Of a stretch of DNA of 64,000 nt, positions 1 through 9,846 are shown one piece after another. The position numbers and the translations under genes are program-made. The notes below the pieces were generated by a model. It did no database searches and had not been told where the DNA came from. It worked only from the letters and a program-made list of their open reading frames with translations. Origin of the DNA: Chloroflexota bacterium (GTDB lineage: Bacteria; Chloroflexota; UBA11872; VXOZ01); assembly GCA_963662335.2 (NCBI GenBank), contig CAXXVD010000001.1, positions 352,001-416,000 of the forward strand. The letters are read 5' to 3'. Position 1 is the first letter of the stretch; each line of letters begins with the position of its first letter.

Positions 1-131
1 GCAAGGTAGATAGCGGCGCGGTAACGCGCGCCATGCGCTTTGCCATGCAACGGCAGCAGGAACCGCAGGCGTGACGCGGACGGCGCGGCGCACTAGCCAC
101 CGCCGGGTCTGGCAGCGCTCGCCCGCCTTGT

Positions 132-257
132 TGTCATTCCGAACGAAGCGCAGCGCAGTATCGAACGGCGTTCGCGGAATCTCAGGCGCCTTGCGGTACG
201 GACTCTAGATTCCTCGCTGCGCTCGGAACGACAGCGAGCGTTGCGCTTGGAATGACA
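132..257. repeat. REP-like inverted doublet (GTCATTCCGA...GGAATCT / AGATTCC...GGAATGACA family)
   Basis: TGTCATTCCGAACGAAGCG...GGAATCT followed by its inverted partner AGATTCCTCGCTGCGCTCGGAACGACA and a second ...GGAATGACA, downstream of a minus-strand operon. Confidence 0.6.
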
Positions 258-273
258 GTAAGGCCGCGCCCGT

Positions 274-900
274 CTAGAGTTGCTTTTCTTCCATGATCTT
301 GGAGACGATCCGCACCGCCGTGTCGCTGTCGGTGCGCGCCACGTTGATGACCACGTCATAGAGCGTCGCATCGTCCCAATTCGCGTTGAACATGCGGCGG
401 ATGTAGCTTCGCCGCTGGTGGTCCGTGCGCTGCACGTCCCTTTCGGCGTCGCTGAGGTTCATGGCGTTCCGCCGGGCGTGCTGCCGGGCGCGGAAATCCA
501 GCGGCGCGACGAGGCGCAGCTTGAGCACGCCGCGCAGGTCGCTGAGGATGATGCCCGCGCCGCGTCCGACGATGATCGCGTTGTCGCGCCGGGCAATCTC
601 GCGCACCACCGAGCGCAGCGCCGTGCGCACGATTTCGGGCCGCACGCCGCCCTCTTCACGCGTCGCCGGCGCCTGGCCGCGCACGCGCCCGCCCGTGAGC
701 CGCGCCAGCACGCTCTGGATTGCGCTGGGCTGCAAGCGTTCGTCCACCGCCCGCACCACACCGGTGTGCACTTCCAACTCAGCGGCCACTTGCTGGATGA
801 GCCGGTCGTCGTACAGCGGGTAGCCAAGCACGTCCGTCAGCTTGTTCGTGAATTCGACTTCGCCGGCGCCAAGTTGCCGTGAGATGGTGATGATTGCCAC
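274..900 (-). CDS. Cytidylate kinase-like family protein
   Basis: N-terminal ITISRQLGAG P-loop-like motif, IIVGRGAG, and RRSY...YDVVIN typical of the cytidylate-kinase-like family. Confidence 0.8.
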   Translation of the reverse strand: MAIITISRQLGAGEVEFTNKLTDVLGYPLYDDRLIQQVAAELEVHTGVVRAVDERLQPSAIQSVLARLTGGRVRGQAPATREEGGVRPEIVRTALRSVVREIARRDNAIIVGRGAGIILSDLRGVLKLRLVAPLDFRARQHARRNAMNLSDAERDVQRTDHQRRSYIRRMFNANWDDATLYDVVINVARTDSDTAVRIVSKIMEEKQL

Positions 901-909
901 TAGAGCCTC

Positions 910-1710
910 CTAGTCTACCGCGTAGCCGACCGCGGCGAACGTGTCTTCCAGGAACCGGCGCGCGCGCTTGGCCTGGTGGTTGATCTCGTCCAGGGATTCG
1001 CCGCTCAAACACTCTACCACGCATGGGCCGGCGAAACCCGCCGCTTTCAGCGCACTAAAGACCGCCGCGAAGTCCACCAGGCCGTCGCCGGGCGTCACCA
1101 TCACGTCGCCCTGCATGCCGCCCACCTCGTCCTTGATGCACATGGCGCTCACGATCGGCGCGATTTCGTGCACGTGCGCCAGCGGGTCTTCCCCGGCGTA
1201 GTAGAGCAGATTGCCGGCGTCGTAGCAGATCTTGAAGTTCTGGTGGTTCACCTTCTGCCACGAGTCGATGGTGTCCCGGGTGGTGTTACTCAGGCCGCCG
1301 TGGGGCTTGAGCATGACGGTGATGCCCTTGTGCAGGGCATACTCGGCGCTTTCGCGCATGATGCCGTAGTAGGTCTCGTAGTCCTCCTCTTTGGACGCGC
1401 CGCCGGTCAAGATGTGGCGGAAACTAAGTTGCTCGGCAATGTCGATCTGCCGGTTCAGGGCGGCCGCGCCCTCGGCGACGCTCGTCAAGGGATAGGTGGC
1501 CATCATGACCGCGAACTCCAGGCCGGCCTCCTTCACCGTCCGCCCGATCGCCGCCGCCTCTTCGTCAGTGGTGTTGGAATCGATGAGGCGCAGAGGGTTC
1601 ATACCCATGGGGCCAAAATAGTTGAAGCCGGCCGCCTTCATGCCGGCGGCGGCGGCTTCCACGCCGTGCTCGCGCCACGGGCGGGTGAAACATCCGAGTT
1701 TGATTTCCAT
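910..1710 (-). CDS. Sugar phosphate isomerase/epimerase (xylose isomerase-like TIM barrel)
   Basis: ATG at 1710 after GGAGGAG; KPHGG, CYDAGN, IKD, PGDG.VDF and VVE motifs. Confidence 0.8.
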   Translation of the reverse strand: MEIKLGCFTRPWREHGVEAAAAGMKAAGFNYFGPMGMNPLRLIDSNTTDEEAAAIGRTVKEAGLEFAVMMATYPLTSVAEGAAALNRQIDIAEQLSFRHILTGGASKEEDYETYYGIMRESAEYALHKGITVMLKPHGGLSNTTRDTIDSWQKVNHQNFKICYDAGNLLYYAGEDPLAHVHEIAPIVSAMCIKDEVGGMQGDVMVTPGDGLVDFAAVFSALKAAGFAGPCVVECLSGESLDEINHQAKRARRFLEDTFAAVGYAVD

Positions 1711-1774
1711 ATCAGGTTCTCTCCTCCCTTGACAAACATTTCCTGGATCAGCGCCGCGTGAAAACCCGCGCCAC

Positions 1775-2944
1775 TTACACGTCCGCGGGCAGCGTGCCGG
1801 CCGGCCGGCCGGCGCTGGGCCGAAAGTCCGGCACGGACAGCAGCTTCGAATTCTGCGCGATCGACTCCGCAGCCAAAATCGCCGGCGCGGCCGTATCCAT
1901 GGCGCGGTAGACGTCGAAAGCCAGCGGCTGCGTGCCCAAGACGGCATCGCGAAACGCCGCGTGCACGTAGTAGTCGGCGTCGCCGTGCCCGCTGCCCCGG
2001 GCCTCAGCCGGCGCGTCCGTGCGCTGGAATTGCCAGTCCACCTCCGCCAAATCGTGCATCTGGCCGTTGGCCAGCCACATCTTGGGCCGATCGCGATTCG
2101 ACCGCCGCCACTCCACGGAGCCGGCCGTGCCCATGATCTGGTACCAGTGGTAGTCGCGGGGCGGCTGGGGCTGGGCAAAGCTGGCCGCCAACCGCATGAT
2201 GGCGTCCTTCTCCGTCTTCATCAAGCTCACCTGCATGTCGGCTTGGGGTATCTCCGGGTGTGAGTAACTGGGACTCTGGGTGCTCATGCCCGTAACGGAA
2301 ACCACCCGGTCGTCCAGCACGTAGAGCAGCGGGCTAAGCTCGTGGGGCAGATAGTGGATGCTCGGCATCAACGCGCTCCACGACGGCTCCGCCTCCGGGT
2401 GTTCCGCCAACTCCGTGGGGCCGTAGAACGTGCCGGTCGCTTTCTCCCAGAAGAAATGGGAGACGTAGTAGTGGAAGTACTGCCCTTCCACGAACGTCAC
2501 GCGCCCCAGTTGCCCCTGGGCAACCATGTCGCGCCAGGCCTGCATCACGCCCAGATAGCGGGTCTGTTCCGCCAGTTGGTAGACCTTGCCGGAAGTCTCG
2601 GCGGCGACCACGATGCGCCAGCAATCCTCGATGTAGTGCGCCGCCGGCACCTCCTGGTTGACGTGCTTGCCGGCCTCCAGCGCCTGCGCCGCCAGCAGGC
2701 CCTGGCGCGGGCTGCGCACGGTGAGGGCAACGGCCTCCACGGTGGCGTCGGCCAGAAAGTCGTCATAGCTTGCGTAGGCGGCAACGCCGTCGCTGTCCTC
2801 AATTGCCGCCAATGCGCGCTCGTGTATGGCGGTGATGGGATCGCAGACCGCGACGATGCGGTAGCCCGGGATACGCTGCAACAAGCGCATCCAGCTAAGC
2901 CCGCGGCCGCCCAACCCCGCCACGCCGATGCGAATCTCATCCAT
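1775..2944 (-). CDS. Gfo/Idh/MocA family oxidoreductase
   Basis: IGVAGLGGRG Rossmann motif, AGKHV.QEVP, YLPH. Confidence 0.85.
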   Translation of the reverse strand: MDEIRIGVAGLGGRGLSWMRLLQRIPGYRIVAVCDPITAIHERALAAIEDSDGVAAYASYDDFLADATVEAVALTVRSPRQGLLAAQALEAGKHVNQEVPAAHYIEDCWRIVVAAETSGKVYQLAEQTRYLGVMQAWRDMVAQGQLGRVTFVEGQYFHYYVSHFFWEKATGTFYGPTELAEHPEAEPSWSALMPSIHYLPHELSPLLYVLDDRVVSVTGMSTQSPSYSHPEIPQADMQVSLMKTEKDAIMRLAASFAQPQPPRDYHWYQIMGTAGSVEWRRSNRDRPKMWLANGQMHDLAEVDWQFQRTDAPAEARGSGHGDADYYVHAAFRDAVLGTQPLAFDVYRAMDTAAPAILAAESIAQNSKLLSVPDFRPSAGRPAGTLPADV

Positions 2945-2947
2945 AGC

Positions 2948-3769
2948 CTACTCCGCTCCCGCGCCGACCGCCGCGCCCGCGCGCAAGGGCCGCGCCGCCG
3001 CCAGGAATTCAGCCGACGTTATCGTCCCCGCGATGTCCCGCAGTTCGTAATCGTGGATTGCCATCTTCGTGCACAGCAGATCGTCGATCGTCTCGCTCGT
3101 TTCGATGCCGGTGGTGCAGTCGCGCAGCAGGATGAGGCCGTAGCCGCGTTCGCGCATGGCCAACATGCCGTAGTCCCGGTGCGGCACGCAGAGATTGGTG
3201 GCGAAACCCACGTAGAAGAGGTAGAGGATCTCGCGGTGCGCGCAGAGCCGGTGGAGTTGCTGCCCGTTGGCGATGATGAAATCGTCCGGCTGGGGAAAGA
3301 CCGAGTCGTCGATATACCGGTCCTCGTTTATCTGCGCGATTTCTTCCGCCCACGTAGCGGTGCGGTCCGCGCGCAAACGCGCCCACTCTCCCCGGCGTTT
3401 GGCAAAGTCCGCCGGCGGCCAGGATGGCGCGGGTTCCGGCTGCGGCGCAAGTTCGCTGTCGCCGGCGTAGCGCAGCCATTGGGGAAACTTGTGCGCCACG
3501 TTGGGCGACGGCGCGTGAATCACGGTCACGCCAATCTCGCGGCAGGCGTCCAGCGCCGGCCGGATGCGCTCCCGGCAAATCTGCGCCGTCCGCTCCACGT
3601 GGCTTGCGGTGACGTGAATGTCCCAGCAATCAACCAGGACGATAGCGGCCTGCGCCGGCGGGACCTGAAACTCGGTATACCGGTAGCCAAAGTGCTCTTC
3701 ACGAAACGGCAAGTCCGGCGCGCTCGGTTCGTGGACGATGTGCCGCGTGGAAATTGCTAGTGCCGCCAT
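2948..3769 (-). CDS. Isochorismatase/cysteine hydrolase family protein
   Basis: LVDCW, VIHAP, GFATNLCV and LRDCT motifs; start placed at ATG 3769. Confidence 0.7.
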   Translation of the reverse strand: MAALAISTRHIVHEPSAPDLPFREEHFGYRYTEFQVPPAQAAIVLVDCWDIHVTASHVERTAQICRERIRPALDACREIGVTVIHAPSPNVAHKFPQWLRYAGDSELAPQPEPAPSWPPADFAKRRGEWARLRADRTATWAEEIAQINEDRYIDDSVFPQPDDFIIANGQQLHRLCAHREILYLFYVGFATNLCVPHRDYGMLAMRERGYGLILLRDCTTGIETSETIDDLLCTKMAIHDYELRDIAGTITSAEFLAAARPLRAGAAVGAGAE

Positions 3770-3901
3770 TTCGCTCTCTCCTGGAATGCTGCGCCGCTGC
3801 CCGCCAACCGCCGGCGCGCACCGAGAAGCGCCCGCGCTTACCAAGACTATGGTGCAGCCGGCACCACGTTGTCAAGGAATGCCCCGCGTTCCGGCTCCGG
3901 T

Positions 3902-3934
3902 TCCCTCTCCTCGGGGAGAGGGTTAGGGTGAGGG
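3902..3934. repeat. REP-like element CCCTCTCC..GGGAGAGGGTTAGGGTGAGGG
   Basis: Related copies at about 9001, 9808, 13755, 52913 and 54218. Confidence 0.75.
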
Positions 3935-3998
3935 GAAGTCCTCGGCCGCCGGGCAGGCTGCAAAACAATCCTAATGAAAGAGGAGCCGGCCTTTGAGC

Positions 3999-4171
3999 CA
4001 TCGTTGCCGCATTGAAATGGGATGGGGTTCCAACAGCGCCTCCAATCGGCCTGCCAATTTGAGTAGGGGCACGACGTGTCGTGCCCCTACGCCCTAATGC
4101 GTGAATCACAAGGGTTTCAGCAGTGCACAATCGCTTCCGTTCTTGACGCGGCGGTTCATGCAACAGCATTG
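3999..4171. mobile_element. Degenerate MITE related to the 163-bp element, carrying a perfect GTAG palindrome
   Basis: Ends CATCGTTGCCGCATTGAA / TTCATGCAACAGCATTG resemble the YAATGYTGTCGCATTAA TIR; internal GTAGGGGCACGAC..GTCGTGCCCCTAC also occurs at 41797. Confidence 0.5.
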
Positions 4172-4182
4172 GAGCTTGGCGT

Positions 4183-6768
4183 CTACTCCCGTGCCTGCTT
4201 CTTCAGTTCGTAGAGCGCGCTAATGGCTTCCAGGGGAGTCATGGCGTCCACGTCAAGGTCGCGCAGGGCCGCCAGGGCCGGGTGGGGGCCGCTGAAGAGC
4301 GGCATTTGCCCCGCGCCGTCCTGGCGCGGGGCCGGCGCCGGTTCACCCCGCAGTTGCCGTTCCTCGAGTTCGTGCAGCACCTGTTGCGCGCGCCGCAGCA
4401 CCGGGCGCGGCAGGCCGGCCAGTTTCGCCACGTTCACGCCGTACGACCGGTCCGCGCCGCCCGGCGCCACCTTGTGCAGGAAGACCACGTTCCCCCGCTC
4501 TTCCAGCACGTCCACGCGCCAGTTCTTCACGCGCGGCAGCGTGCCTTCCAGTTCGGCTAACTCGTGGAAGTGGGTGGCAAAGAGCGTCTTGGACCGCAAG
4601 CCCGCGTGGTTGTGCAGATATTCCAGCACGGCGCGGGCGATCGCCAGGCCGTCGTAGGTGCTGGTGCCGCGCCCCACCTCGTCGAAGACCACCAGCGAGC
4701 GCGGCGCGGCGTGGGTGAGGATGTAACTCGTCTCCGTCATCTCCACCATGAAGGTGCTGGCGCCGGCCGCGATTTCGTCCTGCGCGCCCACGCGCGTAAA
4801 GATGCGGTCCACGATGCCGATGCGCGCCGCCCGCGCCGCGACGAAACTGCCCACCTGCGCCATCAACACGGTGAGCGCTACCTGGCGCAGGTACGTGGAC
4901 TTGCCGGCCATGTTCGGCCCGGTGAGCACGACGATCTGCTGCTCGGCGTCCAGCCGCGCGTCGTTGGGAATGAACGGCGCGCCGTCCAGCGCCGCCTCCA
5001 CCACCGGATGGCGGCCCTCGCTGATCTCGATGCAGTCGCCCTCGTCCACTACCGGTCGCGCGTAGTTCCGGCGCACGGCCACCCGGGCAAACGCAGCCAG
5101 CACGTCCAGCGCGGCGAGGCCCTGCGCCAACTTGCGCAAGCGCCGTTCCTCAGCCGCCACGCTCTCCACGATGCCGTCGAAGATGCGCTGCTCCAACGCG
5201 CCCTGCTCTTCTTCCGCGTTGAGCAGGAGAGATTCGGCGTCCTGCAACTCAGTGGTGCTGTAGCGCTCGCCGGTGGTCAGGGTCTGCTTGCGCATGTAGC
5301 GTTCCGGCACGGCGGCGAGCGCGCCCTTGCTCACTTCCAGGTAGTAGCCGTAGACCTTGTTGTGGCCTACCCGCAGGTTCTTGATGCCGGTGGCGTGCCG
5401 CTCCTTGGCCTCCAGATTGGCAATGAAGGCCCGCGCCTCCGCCGCGCGCTGCGCCAGTTCGTCCAGTTCCGCGCTGTAGCCCGCCTGTATCGGCGATTGG
5501 CCCGGTTCCACCGCAATGGCAGACGCCAGCAACGCCGCCACGTCCGGGGCCGGGTCCAGGCGGGCGGCGTGCTCTTGGAGCGGCTGCGCCGTAGACGCCG
5601 CCGCGAGTTCCTGAATCTGCGCCGCCGCCCGCAGCGAGCGGCCCAAGCGCGCCAGGTCTTGGGGCGTGGCGAGCCGCTGCGCGGCGCGGTGGGCCAGACG
5701 CTCTACGTCGGCCAGTTTCCCCAGTTGCTCGCGCAGCCGCTCCAGCAGGACCTGATCCTGGGTCAGGGACTCGACCGTCTCCAAGCGCGCCTCGATGGCG
5801 GCTACGTCCACCAGGGGCTGCGTGAGCCATTGGCGGAGCAGGCGGCCGCCCATGGCGCTGCGCGTTTCGTCCAGGACGCCCAGCAGCGACCCCTCTTCTT
5901 GCCGGGTGCGGCTGTTGCGCACGATTTCCAGATTGCGCAGCGTGGCGGGATCCAGACCCATGAAGGAGTCGAGGGAGTACGTGCGCAGGCCGTCCAGGCT
6001 GCCGAGAAACGACTTCTGGGTCTCTTCCAGATACGCCAGCAGCCCACCGGCGGCGCGGGTCGCCAGCGGCAGGTCGGCCAGGCCAAACCCGTCCAGCGTG
6101 GCCACCGCCAGCGCCCGCAGCAGCGTGCTCGTCGCTTCCTGCACGTCGAAGTGCCACGCCGCATACGGGGTATGCGCCCCGGCGGGCGATTGCGGCGCCC
6201 CGGCGGGGGTTTGCGGCGTCGCGCCCTCGGGCACGACGCACTCCGCCGGTTGCAGCCGCCCGAGTTCGGCAGCGAGTTCAGCGTCGACGTCTTGCCGGAT
6301 CTCGGTGGCGGCGAACTCGCCGGTGCTCACGTCGGCGTACGCCAGCCCCACGCCCCGCTTGCCCCGCACGACCGCCGCCACGTAGGTGTGCTCCTTGTCC
6401 GCCAGCAGGTCCGGGTCAACGACCGTGCCCGGCGTGGCAACGCGCACCACCGCCCGTTCCACCAGGCCCCGCCCCGGCTCGGAGACCTGCTCGCAAATGG
6501 CGACGCGATGTCCCGCCGCGAGCAGTTGTCCCAGGTATCGCTCCTTGGCGTGGGCGGGCACGCCGCACATGGGCATCTTCTCGCGCTTGCCGAATTCGCG
6601 GGCCGTGAGGACGATCTGCAACGTTTCGGAAGCAATTTTTGCGTCATCCCCAAAGAGTTCGTAGAAGTCGCCGAGCCGGAAGAAGAGCAGCGCGTCCGGG
6701 TAGTTTTGCTTGATGCGGTAGTACTGTTCTTGAATCGGCGTCAGGCCGCGGGAAGAGGATTTTGGCAT
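4183..6768 (-). CDS. mutS: DNA mismatch repair protein MutS
   Basis: GDFYELF mismatch-binding motif, TGPNMAGKST Walker A, STFMVEM, DEVGRGTST. Confidence 0.98.
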   Translation of the reverse strand: MPKSSSRGLTPIQEQYYRIKQNYPDALLFFRLGDFYELFGDDAKIASETLQIVLTAREFGKREKMPMCGVPAHAKERYLGQLLAAGHRVAICEQVSEPGRGLVERAVVRVATPGTVVDPDLLADKEHTYVAAVVRGKRGVGLAYADVSTGEFAATEIRQDVDAELAAELGRLQPAECVVPEGATPQTPAGAPQSPAGAHTPYAAWHFDVQEATSTLLRALAVATLDGFGLADLPLATRAAGGLLAYLEETQKSFLGSLDGLRTYSLDSFMGLDPATLRNLEIVRNSRTRQEEGSLLGVLDETRSAMGGRLLRQWLTQPLVDVAAIEARLETVESLTQDQVLLERLREQLGKLADVERLAHRAAQRLATPQDLARLGRSLRAAAQIQELAAASTAQPLQEHAARLDPAPDVAALLASAIAVEPGQSPIQAGYSAELDELAQRAAEARAFIANLEAKERHATGIKNLRVGHNKVYGYYLEVSKGALAAVPERYMRKQTLTTGERYSTTELQDAESLLLNAEEEQGALEQRIFDGIVESVAAEERRLRKLAQGLAALDVLAAFARVAVRRNYARPVVDEGDCIEISEGRHPVVEAALDGAPFIPNDARLDAEQQIVVLTGPNMAGKSTYLRQVALTVLMAQVGSFVAARAARIGIVDRIFTRVGAQDEIAAGASTFMVEMTETSYILTHAAPRSLVVFDEVGRGTSTYDGLAIARAVLEYLHNHAGLRSKTLFATHFHELAELEGTLPRVKNWRVDVLEERGNVVFLHKVAPGGADRSYGVNVAKLAGLPRPVLRRAQQVLHELEERQLRGEPAPAPRQDGAGQMPLFSGPHPALAALRDLDVDAMTPLEAISALYELKKQARE

Positions 6769-6889
6769 CGGGACGCTGCTCTCCGGCTTGGAACTCTCGC
6801 CAAGTCACGACCGTACGAGAGAAGACGGTTCAGACTCATTCTAAACCGTTGGGACGCAAAGGTGTGCAGACGCGGCGGCGCTCTCTCCG

Positions 6890-7086
6890 GTAGCGCAGGT
6901 TTGCGACCTGCGCAATGCGCGGTTTCTGCGTGAAGTCATGCCGATTTGAAGATCGTCCCGGGAGGGCATGGCGCGCGGCCCCTGTGAATGCGGGGGACAA
7001 GCCCCCGCGCTACTGCCTAAGCGTATGTGCGCGAAGCAACAAGAACCGTTCGCGCTGAGCTTGTCGTAGCACGAACGGTTCTTGTT
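6890..7086. repeat. Cluster of three REP-like hairpin families
   Basis: GTAGCGCAGGTTTGCGACCTGCGC (6890), GCGGGGGACAAGCCCCCGCGCTAC (6990), AACAAGAACCGTTCG..CGAACGGTTCTTGTT (7038-7086). Confidence 0.75.
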
Positions 7087-7103
7087 CCCGCGTGGGGCGG
7101 CAG

Positions 7104-8156
7104 CTATTCTTCTTCGAGGATCTCCGGCCACCGCGCGATGAACGCTTGCAGCAAAGCGGTTAGATTGGTCAGCGCGTCGAGATGGGTCATCTCGTAGCCG
7201 TGGGTGTTCTGGGTGGGAAACGCCAGCGCGGCGATGCGCCCAATCGCCGCCACCTTGCGCGCGATCGAGGCATTGCTGCCGAAAGATTCCAGCGCGGCGT
7301 ACTGCACGTCCAGCTTCAATTCCTTTGCCAGCGCGGCGAAACGTCCGAGCAAGATCTCGTCGTAGACGTTGTAGGCGTCCTTGTAGATCAGCACCGGCGC
7401 GCCGCCGGGCCGCAAGCCGTATTCGGCCGCCACCGGCGCGACTTCCAGCGCAATGTACGTGTCGCCGGGCAACGTGCGCGCCGCGTACGGCCCGCCGCCG
7501 CCGGCGTTTTCTTCCGTACTGGAAAAGACCAGGTACACGTCCTGCGGCGGCGGACATTCGGCCAGGCGCTCGGCCAGGGTGAGCAGGATTGCCACCGCGC
7601 CCTTGTCGTCCAGGCCGTACGCGCACACGTAGTCGCCCAGGCGCGTCGGCCGCTTGCGCGCACGGGAGACGACGACCTTACTGCCGGGGTGCACGCCCTC
7701 CGCCAGCAGCCCGTACTTGCCGAGTTTCGCGTCCAGGTAGCAGTCCGACCACTTGAGCGACCTACCGCCCTCGGCGCGCACGGCGTGGATGGGGCTTTCC
7801 TCGGTCACGTGCATCGCGCCAAAGCAGAGCACGGCCGGCACCACGCCCGCGTCCCCCAGGATGTCCATGGGGCCTTCACCGTACTTCCACGGATACGTGC
7901 CGCCGAGCGTGGCAACGCGAATTTTGCCGTCGTCTTCGATGCGCTTGACGACCAGGCCCAGTTCGTCTTTGTGGGCATCGAGAATCAGCGGACAGTCGCT
8001 GGCCGCGCCCTTAATCTTGGCGATGATGTTGCCGGCCGGATCCTGCCACACGTTCCACGGCAGGGGGTCGAGCCGCGCGCGCAGCACGGCGTCGATCTCC
8101 CGCTCGTTGCCGACGGGAGAATGCGCCGTAGTCAATTCCGCTATGAGTTCGAACAT
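7104..8156 (-). CDS. M42 family metallopeptidase
   Basis: SPVGNE, DAHKDELG, LDDK, STEE and terminal NTHGYE metal-ligand motifs; start may be 8177. Confidence 0.88.
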   Translation of the reverse strand: MFELIAELTTAHSPVGNEREIDAVLRARLDPLPWNVWQDPAGNIIAKIKGAASDCPLILDAHKDELGLVVKRIEDDGKIRVATLGGTYPWKYGEGPMDILGDAGVVPAVLCFGAMHVTEESPIHAVRAEGGRSLKWSDCYLDAKLGKYGLLAEGVHPGSKVVVSRARKRPTRLGDYVCAYGLDDKGAVAILLTLAERLAECPPPQDVYLVFSSTEENAGGGGPYAARTLPGDTYIALEVAPVAAEYGLRPGGAPVLIYKDAYNVYDEILLGRFAALAKELKLDVQYAALESFGSNASIARKVAAIGRIAALAFPTQNTHGYEMTHLDALTNLTALLQAFIARWPEILEEE

Positions 8157-8243
8157 GAAGCGTCTCGTACTATCCATCCGTAGCGCGGGGGCTCGTCCCC
8201 CGCCTCTTGGCACGAATGGTAAACGCAATCTTGGGCGGGGCAC

Positions 8244-8867
8244 CTAGAAAAGCGGCAACTTCACCGTGATAAAGCGGCGGTGGATGCTGCCAAGCGCGTG
8301 CGCCGGGATGCGGTTTTCCGCGCGCTCGTTCGTCAGCGTACCGGCCACCTTCAAGCTCAAGAGCTTATGCGTGAACGGGTCCACGCGCATCTCGTCCCAG
8401 TTTCCCACCTTGGCGTAGACGTCCCGCACGAACGTGTTGCCGTCGAGTTCGGCGTCGGGCACGAAGCTATCGGGCAGAGCGGCGGCGACCACGTCCAGGC
8501 CGCCGTCCGCGCCGGCGCCGAGCACCAGCGGCACGCCCGCAATCGAGTCCACGTCGGGAAACGCCGCCAGCGCCTGGCTCACGGCCGGCCGGCTGAGGCC
8601 CAGCGTGATCTCCCGACCGGAAACGCCCCGCACCAGCGTTAGCGGCGCTTGTACGCGCACGATGCCCTCCGCCGCCGTGGACGGCGTGGTTGCCCGTCCC
8701 TCCCGCACGGCGCCCACCTCGATCGGGGCCGCAACGACCAAGGCCGGCTCCAGGAACAAGACGATTGCCTTAACGGTATGCGAGAGCGGATCGACGACGA
8801 TGCCGCCCAACGTGCCCAACGCCTCCCCGTCTTCAGCCGCAATCGGCGCGCCCAACGCTAAGTCCAT
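8244..8867 (-). CDS. PRC-barrel-like domain protein
   Basis: LGAPIAAEDGEALGTLGGIVVDP and a second KVG..DEMRVDP unit; ATG 8867 after GGGAG. Confidence 0.55.
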   Translation of the reverse strand: MDLALGAPIAAEDGEALGTLGGIVVDPLSHTVKAIVLFLEPALVVAAPIEVGAVREGRATTPSTAAEGIVRVQAPLTLVRGVSGREITLGLSRPAVSQALAAFPDVDSIAGVPLVLGAGADGGLDVVAAALPDSFVPDAELDGNTFVRDVYAKVGNWDEMRVDPFTHKLLSLKVAGTLTNERAENRIPAHALGSIHRRFITVKLPLF

Positions 8868-8904
8868 CGCTCTTCTCCCATCACTCCCGCTTGCACGGGG
8901 ATCC

Positions 8905-8948
8905 TTCTTCTCCGTCATTCCCGCGCACGCGGGAATGACGGAGAAGAA
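8905..8948. repeat. Long hairpin built on the GTCATTCCCGCGCACGCGGGAATGAC REP (possible terminator)
   Basis: TTCTTCTCCGTCATTCCCGCG-CA-CGCGGGAATGACGGAGAAGAA; same core at 23052 and 24131. Confidence 0.7.
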
Positions 8949-9049
8949 AACTCGCCGCCAGACTGAAGCCATTGTAACGAAGTCGTGCGCGCGTAACCAC
9001 CTTCTCCCTGGGGAGAGGCAGGGGTGAGGGGAAAGCGGAGGAGTCCGCG

Positions 9050-9457
9050 TCAGCGCGGCGCGGTAAGCGCCATGCTCACCACAAAGCCCAGCAGCAAACC
9101 CCACCAGCGCCAGTCGGGCGGATGCCAACGCCCCTCGCTGCGAGTCTCGGTCCAGGCAAACGCCGCGAAGTGCGTCAGGCCCATCAGCAGCAGCGCGCCC
9201 CAGGCCCACCAGTGACCGTCGCGGATGCCCCAATACGTCAGCCCCCACCACGCCACGCCCATGATGAGGACGTGCATGGCCACGTGGCGCGAAAACGCGC
9301 GCAGTTCCGGCGGCCGGCCGGCTCCCAAACGCGGGGTCAGGACGTTCCCGTACGGCCCATAGCCCAAGAGCGTGGCCAGCGTGAGCGCAAAGTGGATGAG
9401 GGCTCCCACGAGCAGCAACAGCCAGCCGAGGGTGAAGAGAGTTAGTGGCATTGACAA
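9050..9457 (-). CDS. Hypothetical membrane protein (about 4 TM)
   Basis: Four hydrophobic Trp/Leu/Gly-rich segments. Confidence 0.65.
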   Translation of the reverse strand: MSMPLTLFTLGWLLLLVGALIHFALTLATLLGYGPYGNVLTPRLGAGRPPELRAFSRHVAMHVLIMGVAWWGLTYWGIRDGHWWAWGALLLMGLTHFAAFAWTETRSEGRWHPPDWRWWGLLLGFVVSMALTAPR

Positions 9458-9616
9458 TCCCTACCGCCTATTGCGCCAAAGGAACGCGCCCCGGTCCGCC
9501 ACTCGCGCCCGGCGAGTATCCTGGACGCTTTCCACCCCCCAAGCATACCACCTACCACGTAGCGCGGGGGCTTATCCCTAATGCTGTCGCATTAACGTAG
9601 CGCGGGGGCTTGTCCC

Positions 9617-9779
9617 TAATGCTGTCGCATTAACGTAGCGCGGGGGCTTGTCCCCCGCCAGAACATAAAGAAAAGCACACGCAAAGGATTGACCCTACAG
9701 TCTCGCAGGTTGCAAACCTGCGCTACCGGAGATGCGAGGCGTGGTTCTCATCGCCATTGAGTCTAATGCGACAGCATTG
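9617..9779. mobile_element. 163-bp MITE with 17-bp TIRs and 11-bp target duplication inside a REP
   Basis: TAATGCTGTCGCATTAA ... CTAATGCGACAGCATTG flanked by GGGCTTGTCCC at 9606-9616 and 9780-9790. Confidence 0.85.
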
Positions 9780-9846
9780 GGGCTTGTCCCCCGCTCTTGG
9801 CGTAGTTCCCTCTCCCTGGGAGAGGGTTAGGGTGAGGGGAATCCGC

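Noticed and set aside
1711-2178. N-terminal extension of the 910-2178 ORF
   Set aside because: It overlaps the Gfo/Idh/MocA gene, and a strong RBS supports ATG 1710
4564-6933. Long ORFs such as 4564-6933, 27064-28761, 49269-51179 (antisense) and 46269-47441 (alternate frame)
   Set aside because: Shadow ORFs of well-conserved genes in high-GC DNA, with no recognisable motifs
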